The notes under the pieces are model-generated. The model was not told where the DNA came from and did no database searches. It saw nothing but the letters and a program-made list of their open reading frames with translations. The position numbers were made by a program, and so were the translations under genes. From the NCBI RefSeq assembly GCF_009914755.1, contig NC_060930.1: DNA of 64,000 bases; one strand, written 5' to 3'. Position 1 is the first letter of the stretch, and every line of letters begins with the position of its first letter. Positions 36,441 to 51,188 of the stretch are shown here, piece after piece. Source of the stretch: the human T2T-CHM13v2.0 reference genome, Homo sapiens.

Positions 36441-39400
36441 AAATATAGACAGAATATAAAACACTCCTTGATCAAGCATTTAGATGGAACACGGAATTGA
36501 GAGAGGTATTGGTTTTGTTTTGTTTTGCTTTACTTTTAAAGATGGAAGTTATTTCAACATGTTCATATGTTGAGGAGACAATCCAGTGGAGATGGAATTC
36601 AAACACTGGGTGATAAATTAGCCTTGGAGGGATTGGAGGGAGATGAGGGGGACATGGCATGTACTATGCAGAATAGAAAATTGTATTTAAAGAAAGATAT
36701 TTGTAGAGTGGAATTTGAGGAAATTTTCTCCTGATGATGTTCATTTTGTTCCTGGAGAACCAGAAAGGAGAAAGTGGCAAGAGAAGGGATTTGACGAGAG
36801 GCAAAGTTTTGTGGTTTTGCAGCAGCTTGTAGGATTCTTCTTTCCCCCTAATTTCACTGTGGCCTGAAAGAAGGAAAAGAAAATTTGAAGGCTTGAATTT
36901 ATTGATGCTAGGGACTTTTGGAATATGTGTAACTGGAGGACAAAGGAGATTAAGAAAAAATGTAAGCAAGTGACTGAAATGATAATCCACAGGGTTTAGG
37001 CTATTTGGCAAAACTTAAAATGCTGCAATAGATGGTAAGATACATAGAGTTTTCCCAAACTTTATTTCAAGATAATTAACTGTTAGCTAAGCAAAGGAGG
37101 GTGAAGGGGGTTTAATGCAAAAATCCATGAGGTGAAAGAGAGTGTATCCTATTCAAGGAAATGAAAATAATTTATCATACCTGGAACATAAAACATGATA
37201 GTGCAAAATTTGAAGACAGAAAAAATAAATAGGAGTCAGATTATAAAAGGTGTGATAAGCAAAGGGCAGAATTTGGACTTTCTTTTGTGAAATACTGGAA
37301 ACTATTGAAGGGTTTCAAGCAAAGTAGCCAACTAGTCATATTTGTACCTTGTATAATCAATACGGAGCATGAATTAGAGGGGAGCAGGAAGGGCCAGACA
37401 GAATAGGATGTAGTATGAAGGAGGCATTGGGAGAAGGAAAGAGCGGACTCAGGAGACATTTGGGTGTTTGATGAGAGGCTGGAGATGACAGGGAAATGGT
37501 ACATTCAATGAGTTAGTGAACAGAGGAAGAAGTTTCAGGAGAAAGTTATTGAGTTGAGGTTTTGCATTTTGAGTTTGAGATGCTTGGGAATAAATAAGTG
37601 AGATATTCAGTCAGTAGTAATTTATTCTAGTCAGAACCTCTGGAAAACAAGCTTGTCCTACACACAGATTTTAAAGTCACTGGCATGTAGATGGTAATTA
37701 AAGCCATAGGAATAGATGAGACTCTGTAAGGAGAGATTGTGGAGTGAAAGAGAAGAGAACACATTTAAGAAGCATGCTGAGGAACACATTTAAGAAGCAT
37801 GCTGAGGAAAAGATTATTGCAAAAGAATAGAGAAGGAACAGTCAGAAGAAGAAAACTAAGAGAACAGAAACCAAGGGAAGAAAATTTCAAGAGGGTCAGC
37901 TGTGTCATGTTTTATACATTACAGAAAATGCAGCAAAGTGTCTATAGATTCAGGTCATCAGTAACTTTAGAAAAAACAATATCTAAGGTGTGGTGTGTGG
38001 GAGCAGCGTGGGTAGAAGTATGGCAGCATAGCAGTGAGGTTGGGAAAAGGAGCAAGGAAATGTAGACAACATCGTCAGGGAGTTTCATTGTTGAGAAGAG
38101 AAAATACCCTTAAGTAAAAGGCATTCCTCTGACATAAACTCAGAGGAAGCATTGTTGAGTTTTTAAGAAAGTGGAGATTTGAACATGTCTAAATGTGTAT
38201 GGTTAGGAGACTGTACAGTGGAGAAGTTAAAATTATAGTACAGGCAGGGGTGCTTGATTGACCAAGGTCTCTGAGAAGGCAGGAGAACATAGGGTCCAGA
38301 GCATGGGTGAGGAGAGTAGCCTCAGGAAGGCTGAGGGACACTTCATCCACTATAAAAAATGAGCAGCTACAAAAGAGGTAAAATTGTAGGTTTGGTTGTA
38401 GGAAGCTGAGGGAATTCTCTTCAATGGCTTCTATTTTCCCCGTGGAGTAGGAGGCAAGTACCTGCTGAGTAGAGGGAGGAGGTGGTGGGATGGTGGAGGT
38501 GACGGAGGTGGTGGTCACAGTCATGGAATGGAGATATACTGCCAGAGATCATGAGGGTGGAAAGGTTTAAAATAGCTGCCAGTGAAACACAAGAAGATAA
38601 ATGGACTACATTGAGGCCACCCTTAGGGCTGGAGGCCATTTCAGACAAGGAACAATTCTGCGTTATAATAAGGTCCAGGGTTTGGCCATGGGAGTGAGTT
38701 TTTAAATTGGAGGTGAAAATCCCATCAGATATAAAAGTAAAGCACCTGGGTGCTGATGAGTAATCTACATGAACCTGGAAATAGTGTAGGATAATCGCAA
38801 GTCCAAGGTGAAAGGCAAAAGGAAATCAAGTGAAGCAGAGTGATGAGAAGGTCAGTTAATGCCTATGAAGATGAGCAGATAAGGGCGAGTCAGTTAGATA
38901 GCATGTAAAAAAAATGTAAAAAAAGTTTGGAAGCAGCACTGGGAAGTAACAAAGCTGACTTCTTACTCCCCATACCTGTGAGGAAGTATTAAATAAGCAA
39001 ACCCAAGTTGAGGAAGATTCAGGAGAAGTTGGGATGTTTGGGGAGGGCCAGATCTTAGTGAGAAGGTCGTGAGGAAGGGCATGTTCACAGTAGAGTTTGA
39101 ATGAATAGTGGAGTCCATTCCTCCATAATTTATTCATGTATTTAATGAAAGTTTACTGTGAAACTACTATGTGCCAGGCACTTGATAGTGCTGGACATAC
39201 AATGTGAGCAAACCCGTTCCCTACTCTTACGGAGCTTACTGTTTAGTGGGGAAAGCAGTCACTACTCAAATAATCATACAAATTTAAAACTGAATGGGCA
39301 GTAAAATGGTGATGAAGAAAATGAACTTATTTCTCTATAACAAAGGAACATAATCTATTCTGAATGAGGATCAGAGACAGCTTGAGGAAATAAAATCTGA

Positions 39401-40538
39401 GCTTAAATATGAATGAAAGATAAAAAATTTCTAAGCATAGCTGGGGGATGGTTGGAATGAGTGGAAGAAATGACAAATATTCCAGGCAGTGGGGCAGCAT
39501 ATACAAAGACTGTGAGATAAGAGACAGCCCTCCAATTTCGAGGAACTGACAGAAAGCCAATGTGGCTGACGCAAAGGAAAAAGTAGGAAACTGGAATGGG
39601 ATGAAACCAGGTAGGGGAGAGACAAGAAGGAACTGAAGATAGCCTTGTAAGATTTGAGAAGGATATGAAAAATACAGAAGAGTTTTAAGCAGGAGGGTGG
39701 CATGATAACATTGTCACTTTGAAAAGATTATTTTGATTGCAGGATGGAGAGAATTTTGGGACTGGGCCAGAATGGATACAAGGGGAACGATTTAGGGACT
39801 ACTGCAGTGGCCCAAACAAGAGATGATGTAGCTTGGACTAAAGCAGTGGCAGTGATGATAGAGAAATGATTGGATTCTGGAAATATGTAGAAGGCCAAAT
39901 GGACAGGACTCACTGGTGGATTAAATTTGGAAAAGAGTGAAAAAAGTGTATAAGGGATAATAGTTAAATTTCAAGTTTGTGCATTTGGGGGGAAGGTTGG
40001 TGAGCATCAGTTTGGATTGAGAATAAAATTATAAATTTTGTTTTGGACATATTCAGTGGAAGATTTAAAACATCTAAGTGAAGACTCTGAGTTCACTGTA
40101 TATATCTAGAAGCCAGAGTAAAATACTAGGCTGAAGACAATTTGAGAGTTATTCATTCAATTCATTAAAGCAAACTTTCTGAGCAAGGGCCATGTGCAAA
40201 GCATGTTTTATGCACTGGATAAGGAGGTGTTAAGTTTTAGAGGCAGTGCCTATAGTACTTGAGGATAGATTGGATGCTGGGGCAATGAAAAGAGGGATGA
40301 AAGGTCACTACTACATATTTTTGTTTGTTTGTTAGAGAACTGAATAGATGTTAGTGCCATTTGCTGAGATGGGGACGATGAATCGAGATTCATATTAGAA
40401 ATTCAAGGGGAAATTTCAAGGTGGTAGTTAGATACATGAGCCTGGAGGTCAGGAAAGGAAGTGGAGCAGGAGGTATAAATTTTGGAGTTACTGGCTTACG
40501 TATGGTAATGGGACTGGAGGGATCACCCAGTAGGCATG

Positions 40539-40953
40539 TATATGGTTTGGATGTGTGTCCCCTTCAAATCTCACGTTAAAAGGTGACCTCCAATGTTGGA
40601 GGTGGGCCTACTGGGAGGTATTTGGGTCATGAGGGCATTTCCTTCATCAATGTCTTGATGCCGTCCTCACAGTAGTGAGTGAATTCTCACTCTATTAGTT
40701 CATATAAGAGCTGGTTGTTAAAAAGATCCTGGAACTCCTCCCCTCCCTCTCCCTGCTATCCCTCCATGTGACATACCTGCTCTCCCTCTGCCTTCTGCCA
40801 TGAATAAAAGCTTCCTGAGGCCTCAGCAGAAGCTGAGCGGATGCAGTTGCCATGCTTATAAAGCCTGCAGGACAGAGCCAAATAAACCCCTTTTCTTTAT
40901 ACATTACCCAGCCTCAGGTATTCCCTTATAGCAATGCAAAATGGACTAATACA
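40539..40953 (+). mobile_element. MSTB solo LTR
   Basis: TATGGTTTGGATGTGTGTCCCCT...GGACTAATACA. TSD GCATG at 40534-40538 and 40954-40958. Confidence 0.88.
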
Positions 40954-41258
40954 GCATGTATACATTAAAAAGAACAGGGATCCTAGGAAAGAGCCCCAAA
41001 GTTCTCCAACCATTGGAGGAAGAACAGAGAAAGCAGAGCTGGACAAGAGACTCAAAAAAGAGAGGCCAGTGAATTGGGAGGAAAGCTGGATAAATGTGTC
41101 CTGAAACCAAGAGAAGAAGAAATTTCAAAAAGAAAGAAACGATTCCTGGGTTGAATACACTGATAAATTGAATTATACAGAGGATTAAGTATTAAAACCA
41201 GAAACAAAGAAGTCACTCACACACTCGTGACCTTCACAAGTGTTGAATGGAATGATGG

Positions 41259-41871
41259 TGTAAACCAAAAGGTATCTGAAGACAGGTCTCCATCAATTTA
41301 GGAAGTTCATTTTGCCAAGATTTAGGATGTGCCCATGACACAGACTCAGGAGGTCCTGAAGACATGTGCCCAAGTTGGTTGGGGCACAGCTTGGTTTTAC
41401 ACATTTTAGGGAGACATGAGACATCAATCAATACATGTAGATGTACATTGGTTCAGTCTGGAAAGGTAAGACGAATCTAAGCAGGGAGGAGGCTGCCAGG
41501 TGATAGGTAGATAATAGACAAATGGTTGCATTATTTTGAGTTTCTGATTGGCCTTTCATTGAATACACAATTAACAGGAATAGTCTCTTATGCCTTAGTC
41601 TGGCTTAGTGAAACAATAGGGCAAAGAAATCAATCAGATATGCATTTGTCTCATGTGAGCAAAGAGATGACTTTGTGTTCTGTCTGTCGTTTGTTCATAA
41701 GGAATTTTCTTATGGGAAAATTCTAAGCAAGGTATGTAGCTTAAAAAAAATCTTTGTGGCTATCTTATTTAGGACTTGAATGGGAGGGAGTTTTGCCCAA
41801 TGCAGTTCCCTGCTTGACTTTTCCCTTTGGCTTAGTGATTCTGGCGTCCTGAGATTTATTTCCCTTTCACA
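41259..41871 (-). mobile_element. MER4A-like ERV1 solo LTR
   Basis: TG...CA termini (TGTAAACC...CCTTTCACA). 4-bp TSD ATGG at 41255-41258 and 41872-41875. Confidence 0.85.
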
Positions 41872-42095
41872 ATGGAGACCAGAGCAGTAGTGGAACATGT
41901 TAAAAAAAGAGAGGTGAAAAAGTGACTATAGACAAGCTAACAGACTGGATGGCATTTAGAGGAATGTGTGGAAAATGCAATCAGGAACCTAGGAAATCTT
42001 ATTTTCTGAGATGAGAGATATTAATGTTAGATATATAGGAGAGACTGGGAATAACTAAAGGGGCGAAGCCTTAGAGTAAGCAAGTAGAGGGTCAG

Positions 42096-42498
42096 TGAGA
42101 CAGTTAATTTTTTGTGTCAACCTGGGTAGGCTACAGTGCCCAGGTATGTGGTAAATGTTATTTTGGATGTTTCTGTGAGGGTGTTTTTAGATGATACTAA
42201 CATTTAAATGGGTGGACTTTGAGTAGAGAAGATTGCTCTCCACAATGTGGGTGAGCCTCCTTCAGTTAGTTGGTAGCCTGAACAGACAAAAGAGCAAAAG
42301 GGAGTTCTGCCAGCAGTTGGTCTTTGGACCTGAACTGCAACATCATCTCTTCCCTGATCTCCAGCCTGCTGGCCCACCTTGCAGATTTTGGATTTACCAA
42401 CCTCCATGATTGGATGAGCTAATTCTTTAAAATACATCTTTTCCTCTCTCTTATATATCTTACTGGTTCTGTTTTTCCTTAGAACCCTGACTAATACA
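42096..42498 (+). mobile_element. MLT2 (C/D-like) solo LTR
   Basis: TG...GAACCCTGACTAATACA. TSD GTCAG at 42091-42095 and 42499-42503. Confidence 0.85.
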
Positions 42499-42908
42499 GT
42501 CAGCCTTTGAGAGATATTTCCCTCATTGTATCTGGAGGAAAGGTAAAGAGTATGACTACAGATGCAGGTAGTTTTAGTGGCAGGAAGACAAAGCAGCTTC
42601 TGTCTGATTGTTTCTATTTTCAACAAAGAATAAAAAAAAAATCCTAAAACTGATGGTGGAAAAGACTCTGAAGCAGCTTGGCAGAGAGAGGAGAACGTGT
42701 AGAGAGAGGGAGACCAAATATGTAAAGAAACATTAATATCATTTTTGGAAAGTAATGCATATGTATTTGAGTTTTGCGGGCCATGAAAATAAAGAGATCA
42801 TTCAGTAGGCTTTTGTGTTCTCCTTTAGCAACATCCAGCTGCTAGGTACATGCATAGAATAGACAAATGGATAAGCAATTAAGCCAGGTAGCATTTTGTC
42901 ATGTAGAT

Positions 42909-43233
42909 CAGGGGTCCCCATCCACTGGAACTTGGACCTATACCAATCCATGGCCTGTTAGGAACTGGCCAAAAGGCAGGAGGTGAACAGTGGGCGAATG
43001 AGCATTACCGTGTGAGCTCCGCCTCCTGTCAGGTTAGGAGGTGAGCCCTATTGTGAACTGCATATGTGAGGGATCTAAGTTGCATGTGCCTTATGAGAAT
43101 CTAACTAATGTCTGATGATCTGAGGTGGAACAGTTTCATCCCCAAGCCATCCCCCTACCCGCCCACCCCTGTCCATGGAGAAATTGTCTTCCATGAAACC
43201 AATCCCCGGTGCCAAAAAAGTTGGGGACCGCTG
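42909..43233 (+). mobile_element. MER1B hAT-Charlie MITE
   Basis: TIRs CAGGGGTCCCCA / TGGGGACCGCTG. Perfect 8-bp TSD ATGTAGAT at 42901-42908 and 43234-43241. Confidence 0.92.
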
Positions 43234-44914
43234 ATGTAGATGAAAGAAATTAAGGTAATTTGAAAAAGGATGTTGGAATAGAGGCTCATTGAATCTAAAT
43301 TTGGTAGGGATGGTGTTGAGAATTTGAGAGGAAGTATTGATGAGGTCAGTGGAATGCTAAGGTGAAGATACTAGACATAGTGGTTAGAGAATATGATGGT
43401 TTTTTTATCCATGTATCAGAGGGCATTCAGTTTTTGAGATAAGGACCCTGGAAGTGAAAGACGAGTTGAAAGAAAATCACTGGAGCCAAGGAAAACCTCA
43501 GTGCTAGGTGACACAAGTATTATTTTAGGACTGTATCAACACACAGGTGATTAGTAATCCTCACAGGGTCTTCTGACTTTGTTAAAGCTCAGCTCTAACT
43601 GAACTTGACATGGGAAAGATTGGCCTTCAGAAAGGTTTCTGGCTTCTATGAAGTTTATCATCAAGTAGAGAATATGGAATGTTTAAGTCTGAGTCCGAAA
43701 ATAAGAAACTGGAGTTAGGCACAAAATTAGGAGCTCATTTGGGTTTCCAGGTAAACAAAAATAACACAAATATATTTTTGTATACTTACCAGGAAGAATC
43801 AGTATAAATGGTTTAAAAATAAAAAGAGTTTAGAAATGCATGAGAAATTATTACTGGGTTGGAGGTAGACTATTCAGCTTTTTAATGTTCTACAATATGA
43901 TATTGAAAGATATCCAATATGTGATACTTTATTCCAATTGACTTTAAACAGCCTTGAATAAGCCTAAATGGAAAAGGAAAATCTACTACAACCAACTGAA
44001 TGAATAAACTCAACCATGTTTAACTTTTGATTTGTAAAGTGAAAAAGAAGTTTACTATCTTTCTATCTTTCCCTACCTTGTTGATAAAGAATATTAGCTA
44101 GAAAATAATGGCTTCTTGTTTTTATAATATTCTATCATTTCATATCTACTTAAAAGACAAGAAAATATTTGTTGAATTGCAGCTAAATTAATCTATTGGG
44201 AAATCGAACATTTATCAACAAAGAAAAAGTAGACATCTCTACAGAATGAAAGAATAATTGGCAAATTAATGAACTTGTTTGCAGATTTTCTGTGAAACTT
44301 CTTTGTTAGCCTAAATAAGAAACTATTCCAGCTCTTGGCATCAACCTCCAATTTTCTCCCTTAGCTGCAAGCTCCTCAGGAAGGTGCCTTGATAACACCA
44401 AGAACTCAACAGAAACAAAAATATGTATCAAGGTTACACTTATGTATTTTCCTTTTTTGTAATTAAATTTTGTTTTCAAAGTTATATCTAGAAATGGCTT
44501 AAAGAGTCAGATAATTCTACAAGGTTTGTTATGTAAAACAGTAGTGCTCCTCCTCCTTTTCCACCATTTTCCCCATCACTGGAGGCAATCACTTTGCATT
44601 CTCTTAGTTGATTCTTCTAGTGTTTTCTCACTATGAAAGCTGTCAATTTAGCTTTCATTTTTCCTAACTCCAAATATACCTATGCATCATTTTGTCCTGT
44701 CATCAGTCAAATATAGTTATCTAGATCAAAATTCAGTGTCTATGTTGTTATAGCTCAGCAAACGCTATTTAAAGCTTTGACAATTAGTGAACTACTTTTC
44801 ATCTCCTGCCCAAAAAACTCTTGGTTATCATTACAGTTAATTATTATCATTTTCTGAAATTTTTCGCTTGTCATTAAATTGCAAATTCTCTGCCAGATGT
44901 CTAAATATACTTCC

Positions 44915-45815
44915 AGTTTATCAGTTTCTGCAAAAAAACCTGCTGAGATTTTTATAGGGATTGTATGGGATCCGTAGATCAATGAGCAGTATTGTCATCT
45001 TAATAAAATTATGTTTTCTCATTCATGAACATGGGATGTCTTTCCATTTCATTAGATTCTTTCATTTATTGCAATAATACTTTGTGACTTTTTATGTAAA
45101 AGTCTGGCACTGCTTTTATTACATTTATTTCTAAGTATCTTATTCTTTTTGATGTTATTGTAAATATAATTATTTAATTTCATTTGCAGATTGTGCATTA
45201 CTAGAAAAAAAATACAACTGATATTTGTATATTGATCTTATATCCTGAAACCTTGCTGCATTTGTCATTAATTCTAAATGGTGTTTTTGTGAATTTCTTA
45301 GTATATTATACATAAAAGATCTTTTTATCTGTGAAGAGAGATAGGTTTACCTTTTCCTTTTCTTTCTGAATCTCTTTTATTTATTTTTCTTGCTTATTGA
45401 ACTGGCTATATCCTCCTATCCTTCTACTGTTGAGTAGAAGTGGTGGGAGTAGATATTTTTGACTTTTTTCTGATCTTGAAGGGCATTTAGTCTTTAAATA
45501 TTAAATATAATTTTCATTGTAAGTTTTTTGTAAATGTTCTTTCAGATTCAAATAATTTTCATCTCTTACAAGTTTTTGAGATATTTTATCAAGCATGAAT
45601 GTTAAATTTTGTGAAATGCTCATGAAGATTTTGTTCCTTATTCTATTAATGTGGTATATTACATTAGTTGATTTTCAGATGTTAAATTAACCTTTCATTC
45701 CTAGGATAAATCCTACTTGGTCATGGTATGTAATTTTTTTAATATGTTGTTGGAATTCATGCACTAATATTTTGTTAAGGATTTCTGCATCTATATTTAT
45801 GAATATTGGTCTGCT
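44915..45815 (-). mobile_element. Ancient L1M ORF2 fragment
   Basis: TATATTGATCTTATATCCTGAAACCTTGC and GGATAAATCCTACTTGGTCATGG are reverse L1 ORF2 motifs. Confidence 0.75.
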
Positions 45816-45824
45816 TTTATATAA

Positions 45825-46115
45825 CTCCCAAGTCTAAAATGGTTTTTACATTTTTAACTAGTTAAAAAATAAAAAAAAAATTCTTGAATTGTGAAAACTA
45901 TATGAAACTCAAATTTCAGTGTTCATCTTATAGATTATTATTTATAATAAAGTTTTACTGAAACACAGCCACATTCATTTACCTATTGTCTATGGCTACA
46001 TTCACATGCAACAGCAGAGAAGTTGCAACAGAATAATTATGAGAGAAACTAATGCCTCCAAAGCCAAGAATATTTATTACTTAGCCTTTTACAGAAAACA
46101 TTTGTTAACCTGTAC
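45825..46115. mobile_element. MER58-like hAT MITE
   Basis: AATAAAGTTTTACTGAAACACAGCCAC...CCTTTTACAGAAAACATTTG. Confidence 0.7.
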
Positions 46116-47009
46116 TATAGATTATCTGTAACCTTTTCCCTGCTTCTTTGCATCTGCAGTAATTTCTGATTAATTGCTTGATATTATCAATTTACAGTAT
46201 AGAGATTTTGGATGATGGCATCTTTTTCAAGAGAGCATTAAGCTTTAATCTGGAAGGCAATCAATTTGTCAGTGGATCACCTTTATCAGGTTGAGATTTG
46301 GTTTTAGGCTCTGTTAGGGAAGGTCTATTGTTTTGTCTTTAGTCTTAGGGCATAGCCCTTATTACATGGTTCTTATACTTAGGGTATGGCCTTTTTAAGA
46401 GTTTCTACAAAAGTCTGGGGACTCACCAAGTATTCTCTACAATCACTGTGCCTGAATGCCAACCTATATTCCTTTCAGCACTATGCTGCCTCTGAAATCT
46501 CTTTTCAGCCCTCTAGCTTCTGAGCAGCTTTCTTTGCTTGATCTCCCAGACTCTTGTGCTGCACATATATAGCATAAAAGTTGGCTCTGAGGGGAATTTT
46601 CACACAGTGTTTTTAAGGTCCTTCTTTTAGGTCCCTCCTTTTTGGAACTCTGCCCACCAAATTCCAGTTGCCTTTGCAGCTCTGAATTCCCATCTCTGTC
46701 CCTTTTACCCAGTGAGACTGCCACTCTGATTGGGCACTGTTTCTCTACACTGTCATCTGGAAAATGCCCATAGGGTGAAAGCTGGGATGAACATGGGCTC
46801 ATCTAATGTGCTTCATTTCTGATGTGTTTCTGTTCCCCAAAGAATCATAGTCTTATATTGACTCCTGTCCAATATTTTATCCAGCTTTTAGAATTGAATT
46901 GTTCACATGGGAAAGTTAATTCCAATAACAGCCACTCTATCATGACCAGGTCCAGATCAATTCGTTTTTAAAAATAGTTTTTATGCCAGATATTCTCTCT
47001 CTTGCTATA

Positions 47010-47581
<572 letters not shown>

Positions 47582-49374
47582 CTTATCCCCATTTTTAAAG
47601 ATTAGGAAACTTATGCTCAGAAAATCTGAGATAATTGCCTAAAATTAACCCAGTTTGTTAATGGAGCTGGAATTGGAACTGAGATTACTTGGGCTCCAAG
47701 TTCCACCTACCTAGCCCTAATAACTCAGTGTATAAATTCCACACAAAAGTCATTACAATTTTACCCACAATTTTCCATCAGTATTTTTATGTATTAAAAT
47801 ATTTAGAAGGAGAGAATATTGAAGTCACTGGCTGAAATAATTGATGTTTGTATAAGGATCTTTCTCCCTTATTCAGATATTTGATAACTGATTGTATGTA
47901 AAATAGTAAGCGCTTCTGAGATATCATCATCTATAGAATTTTTTCCTAATATCTTAGGATATTAAGATAATCCTACTCATTTAGAGGAAATTGATACTAC
48001 TGAATAATTCCTTCACTGAATGTGGCAAACTTCCTGTCAACAGAGACTTACCATGTCACCATGACAAAGACATACCAAACCAGGCTTTTGGACATGGAAT
48101 ACTCTGCAAATAATACTTAGAAATTTTAAACTCATCAAAATGTAGTCTGACTCTGCAAAATTAGCCCTTATCCACAACTAACAGCACTAATCTCTAATCC
48201 TCCATCTCTCTTAGCAAAAAGGTCAATTATAAACCTACACAGTATTCTGGGTTTACTCCAAAGGAATAAGTTTCCAAAATGCAAAACAAAAAAATTACAT
48301 AAACAGAAACATCGTGTAGAATGTGTGAACAGTCTTTGATATCTGTTGCCTAGTGTCTGTTTCCCTGCTCTGTGCATATTTTCATATCCACTAATACCAT
48401 TTATAGACTATCTTCATTGATGATGATTGTTCACTGAAGTTCTGTGCTTTAACATGCCAATTATTGTATCCATTTCTTGGATGTAAATTGATTTACCCAT
48501 TCTACTCCTCTGCCATTTCCCCTCTCCACAAATTTTTCACCAGTTTTGCCTGGCTTTCTCTCCCATTCAAGTTCTATTATGTGAATCAAAACCACAAAGC
48601 TCTATCATTCTGGAGGCCATAGATTCAGTACTACATGTTGAGAAGATTCAATCTGACTTAGGAGATAAAGAAAAAGATTAAAAGAATGATACGGGGAAAG
48701 CATATGGCCACTGGTCATTTGCAGCAGCACAAGCAATTCCAGATAGTTGTTCAGCAATTTGGGGAGGATCATCAGTTACCTCTGGTGCATGACTGTGAAG
48801 CTTTTTTCTCAATAACGTGCACAGGTGCAGTCTATGCTAAACAGATTAGTCAGTGCCTGGTGACTCTGACATAGGCCAAACTTCACTCTTCCCCACATCA
48901 GTGGACATGTCTTCAAAATGAGAAACACTAAAGAAGGTATAGCTGATAGCCAACTTCTGCTTCCTTAAGGAATTCAACAGAACTAGTCTGTGCCTGAAGA
49001 GAAATTCGGGTGATATAATGGTAAGAGAGGCAGAATTTTTTGTGGCATGGAAATTCTGCAATAGCATCATACCACTAACCACAGCTGACAAAGAGGAGGT
49101 AAACTGAGAAGTAGGCATGTCCCTGGAACCCACATGCCACCACTGAAAACTACATACAGATCCTTAGCCCATTGCCTTCATCTCCTTTCCTTTTGGTCAG
49201 AGCTCGTGAACTGATTTTGAGGTCAGGGATGGACAAAAGTCTTGCAGCAGGAAAAAGGGAAGCAGCCCTTTTCTACATCTTTTATGTTTAATTTCATGTC
49301 AGACACACCATTATGACACTTGGACATTTGACTCCTGTTTACTTACTTCACAAATGTTATCTAGCTACTTAAAT

Positions 49375-49503
49375 ATTTTTTTCTTTTAGAGATGGTGTCT
49401 TGCTATGTTGCCCAAGCTGGCCTCTACCTCCTGGGCTCAAGCCATCCTCCTGTCTTAGCATTAAGAGTAGCTGGGACTACAGGCACACACCAACACACTT
49501 GGC
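49375..49503 (-). mobile_element. FLAM/Alu monomer
   Basis: Single Alu arm with TAGCTACTT on both flanks. Confidence 0.8.
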
Positions 49504-51188
49504 GGTTAGCTACTTTCTAAGAAATGAGCATGGAGTACAGAATCAGAGGATAAGAAGGGATCTGATGCTGTATTCCCCCAGAAATGGAGTAACAAAAGCA
49601 TAAGGCTTGAGTCTGCATTGAGGTCTTACCAACAAGATCGAAATTTTACATCTCTCATCTTGTTGTTCTTTCATCTTGGTTTTCTCCCTTCCTGACTCAG
49701 AGGAGATGTAGAGCATTTGGATTTAGTAGTCCCTCTAGAGAAATGACCAGATGCAAATGCAGACACTGAAGTGCAGACACAGCACTGAGTCGTGATGTGC
49801 CAAAAACATTCAAAGGGAGGCAAGCCAAATGTGAAGGAAGAGGGCACTGAAGCAACCAGTTATTCAAGGCAGACACCTGAAATTACCATAAATGTTGTTT
49901 TAATAGAGAGACTTCTACCACGATTTGCTGCCAGGTTCAGCTGAAGTGCATTTTATTCATGTCTGCTACATTCGGTGGGTCCACTAAGGGTAAATTTATT
50001 GCCACTATTGGAATTTTAATGCCCAAGAGGCTACAAGCCTTGGTCCTGTTTGTAATAATTCTTCAGAGTGTCCTGTGCAAATCTGAGGTGGAAAAATCAG
50101 AGAATGAAAGGTTGTTGAGAAAGAACAGGACGACATTTTAATTATAAAAGGGAAAATGTTCCAATTGGGGTTAATTTCTGTAGAAAGAAACCTCAGGGAT
50201 ATTTCAGGTAGCAAGTAGGTTTTACAGAATTGAAATATAGATTGAAGAGATTTTGCAAATACCCGTTTTCTCATATTTTTGATGATTAAAAAAAGACTCC
50301 GAATTTTGTTAAAGGAATTGGACCTTGTTAACTGAACAAAGAATCCCATCTTATTTATATCCTTCCATATTCCTTTTCTCCTCTGTTGAAAGGACATAGT
50401 CCATTCCTTTTTTGAGTGTTATTTTCTCCCCAATTCCCTCTCTCAGTGGCAAATCCTATCACTGGTATTTTTAATTTGCTGGTTTCAGAGCATTTGGATT
50501 CAGTAGTGGTATCAGCATGCCTTTGTGTGAACAAACTTACCTGTTAAACTTACTCAATTCCCTGCACTGAAGCGAAGAGTTTTTTAAAATGCATATCATT
50601 TTTCAAGGCAAGATCCCTATCTAAACAGTCTAAATAAAGGAAAATTTGAAAAATATCTCTCTTTCAAGAATCGATTATTAATTGGGATCCGGATCAATTG
50701 GTATAAGAATGCCCGGGACAGAGAGTCAGTTTCCATTGGTAGAAATATGGTCCAAGATTTCTGTGGCAGATACACAGGACTTTCCCTTTTGGAGTTGGGG
50801 GACTATTAAAGGAGCTGTTAGGCTCCCCTGCTGCGTGGTTTACCTCATTTAAGTCTTACAACTCCCCTGGGAGAAAGACATGAGTAGTCTCGCTGCACAG
50901 AGAAGAATGTCTCAGAATTTAATTGCTTAGAGTCTCTGCGGATAAGTTTCAGATGTGCCACTGAAACTCAAATCTGCCTACGTTCCTTTCACAGCACTAC
51001 ATTGCCTCAAATGGAGACGTTTTGAGTTGGTCTGATATGCTTTTTCCAGTTCCCAGAATTGATTCTTTGTGAGAAGTAGTTTTTTCTCCCATTTCCACCA
51101 GGCCAATTATGGCGAATGTAGTAGGAGCAACATCTAGGATTCTCCGTTTGGGTTTCTAATCCGGGGCCGGCACCTGTCTCGGCGTCCT

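Larger units (their letters stand above)
34230..43520 (-). mobile_element. Cluster of ancient L2 fragments (purine-rich on + strand), interrupted by younger insertions
   Basis: Reverse L2 3' ends at ~34230, ~39130 and ~40150 (TTCATT...TACTATGTGCCAGGCAC). Body motifs include TGGGAAGCCATTGAAGG-like and TTTTGGACAT...GAGTTTGAG. Confidence 0.65.
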
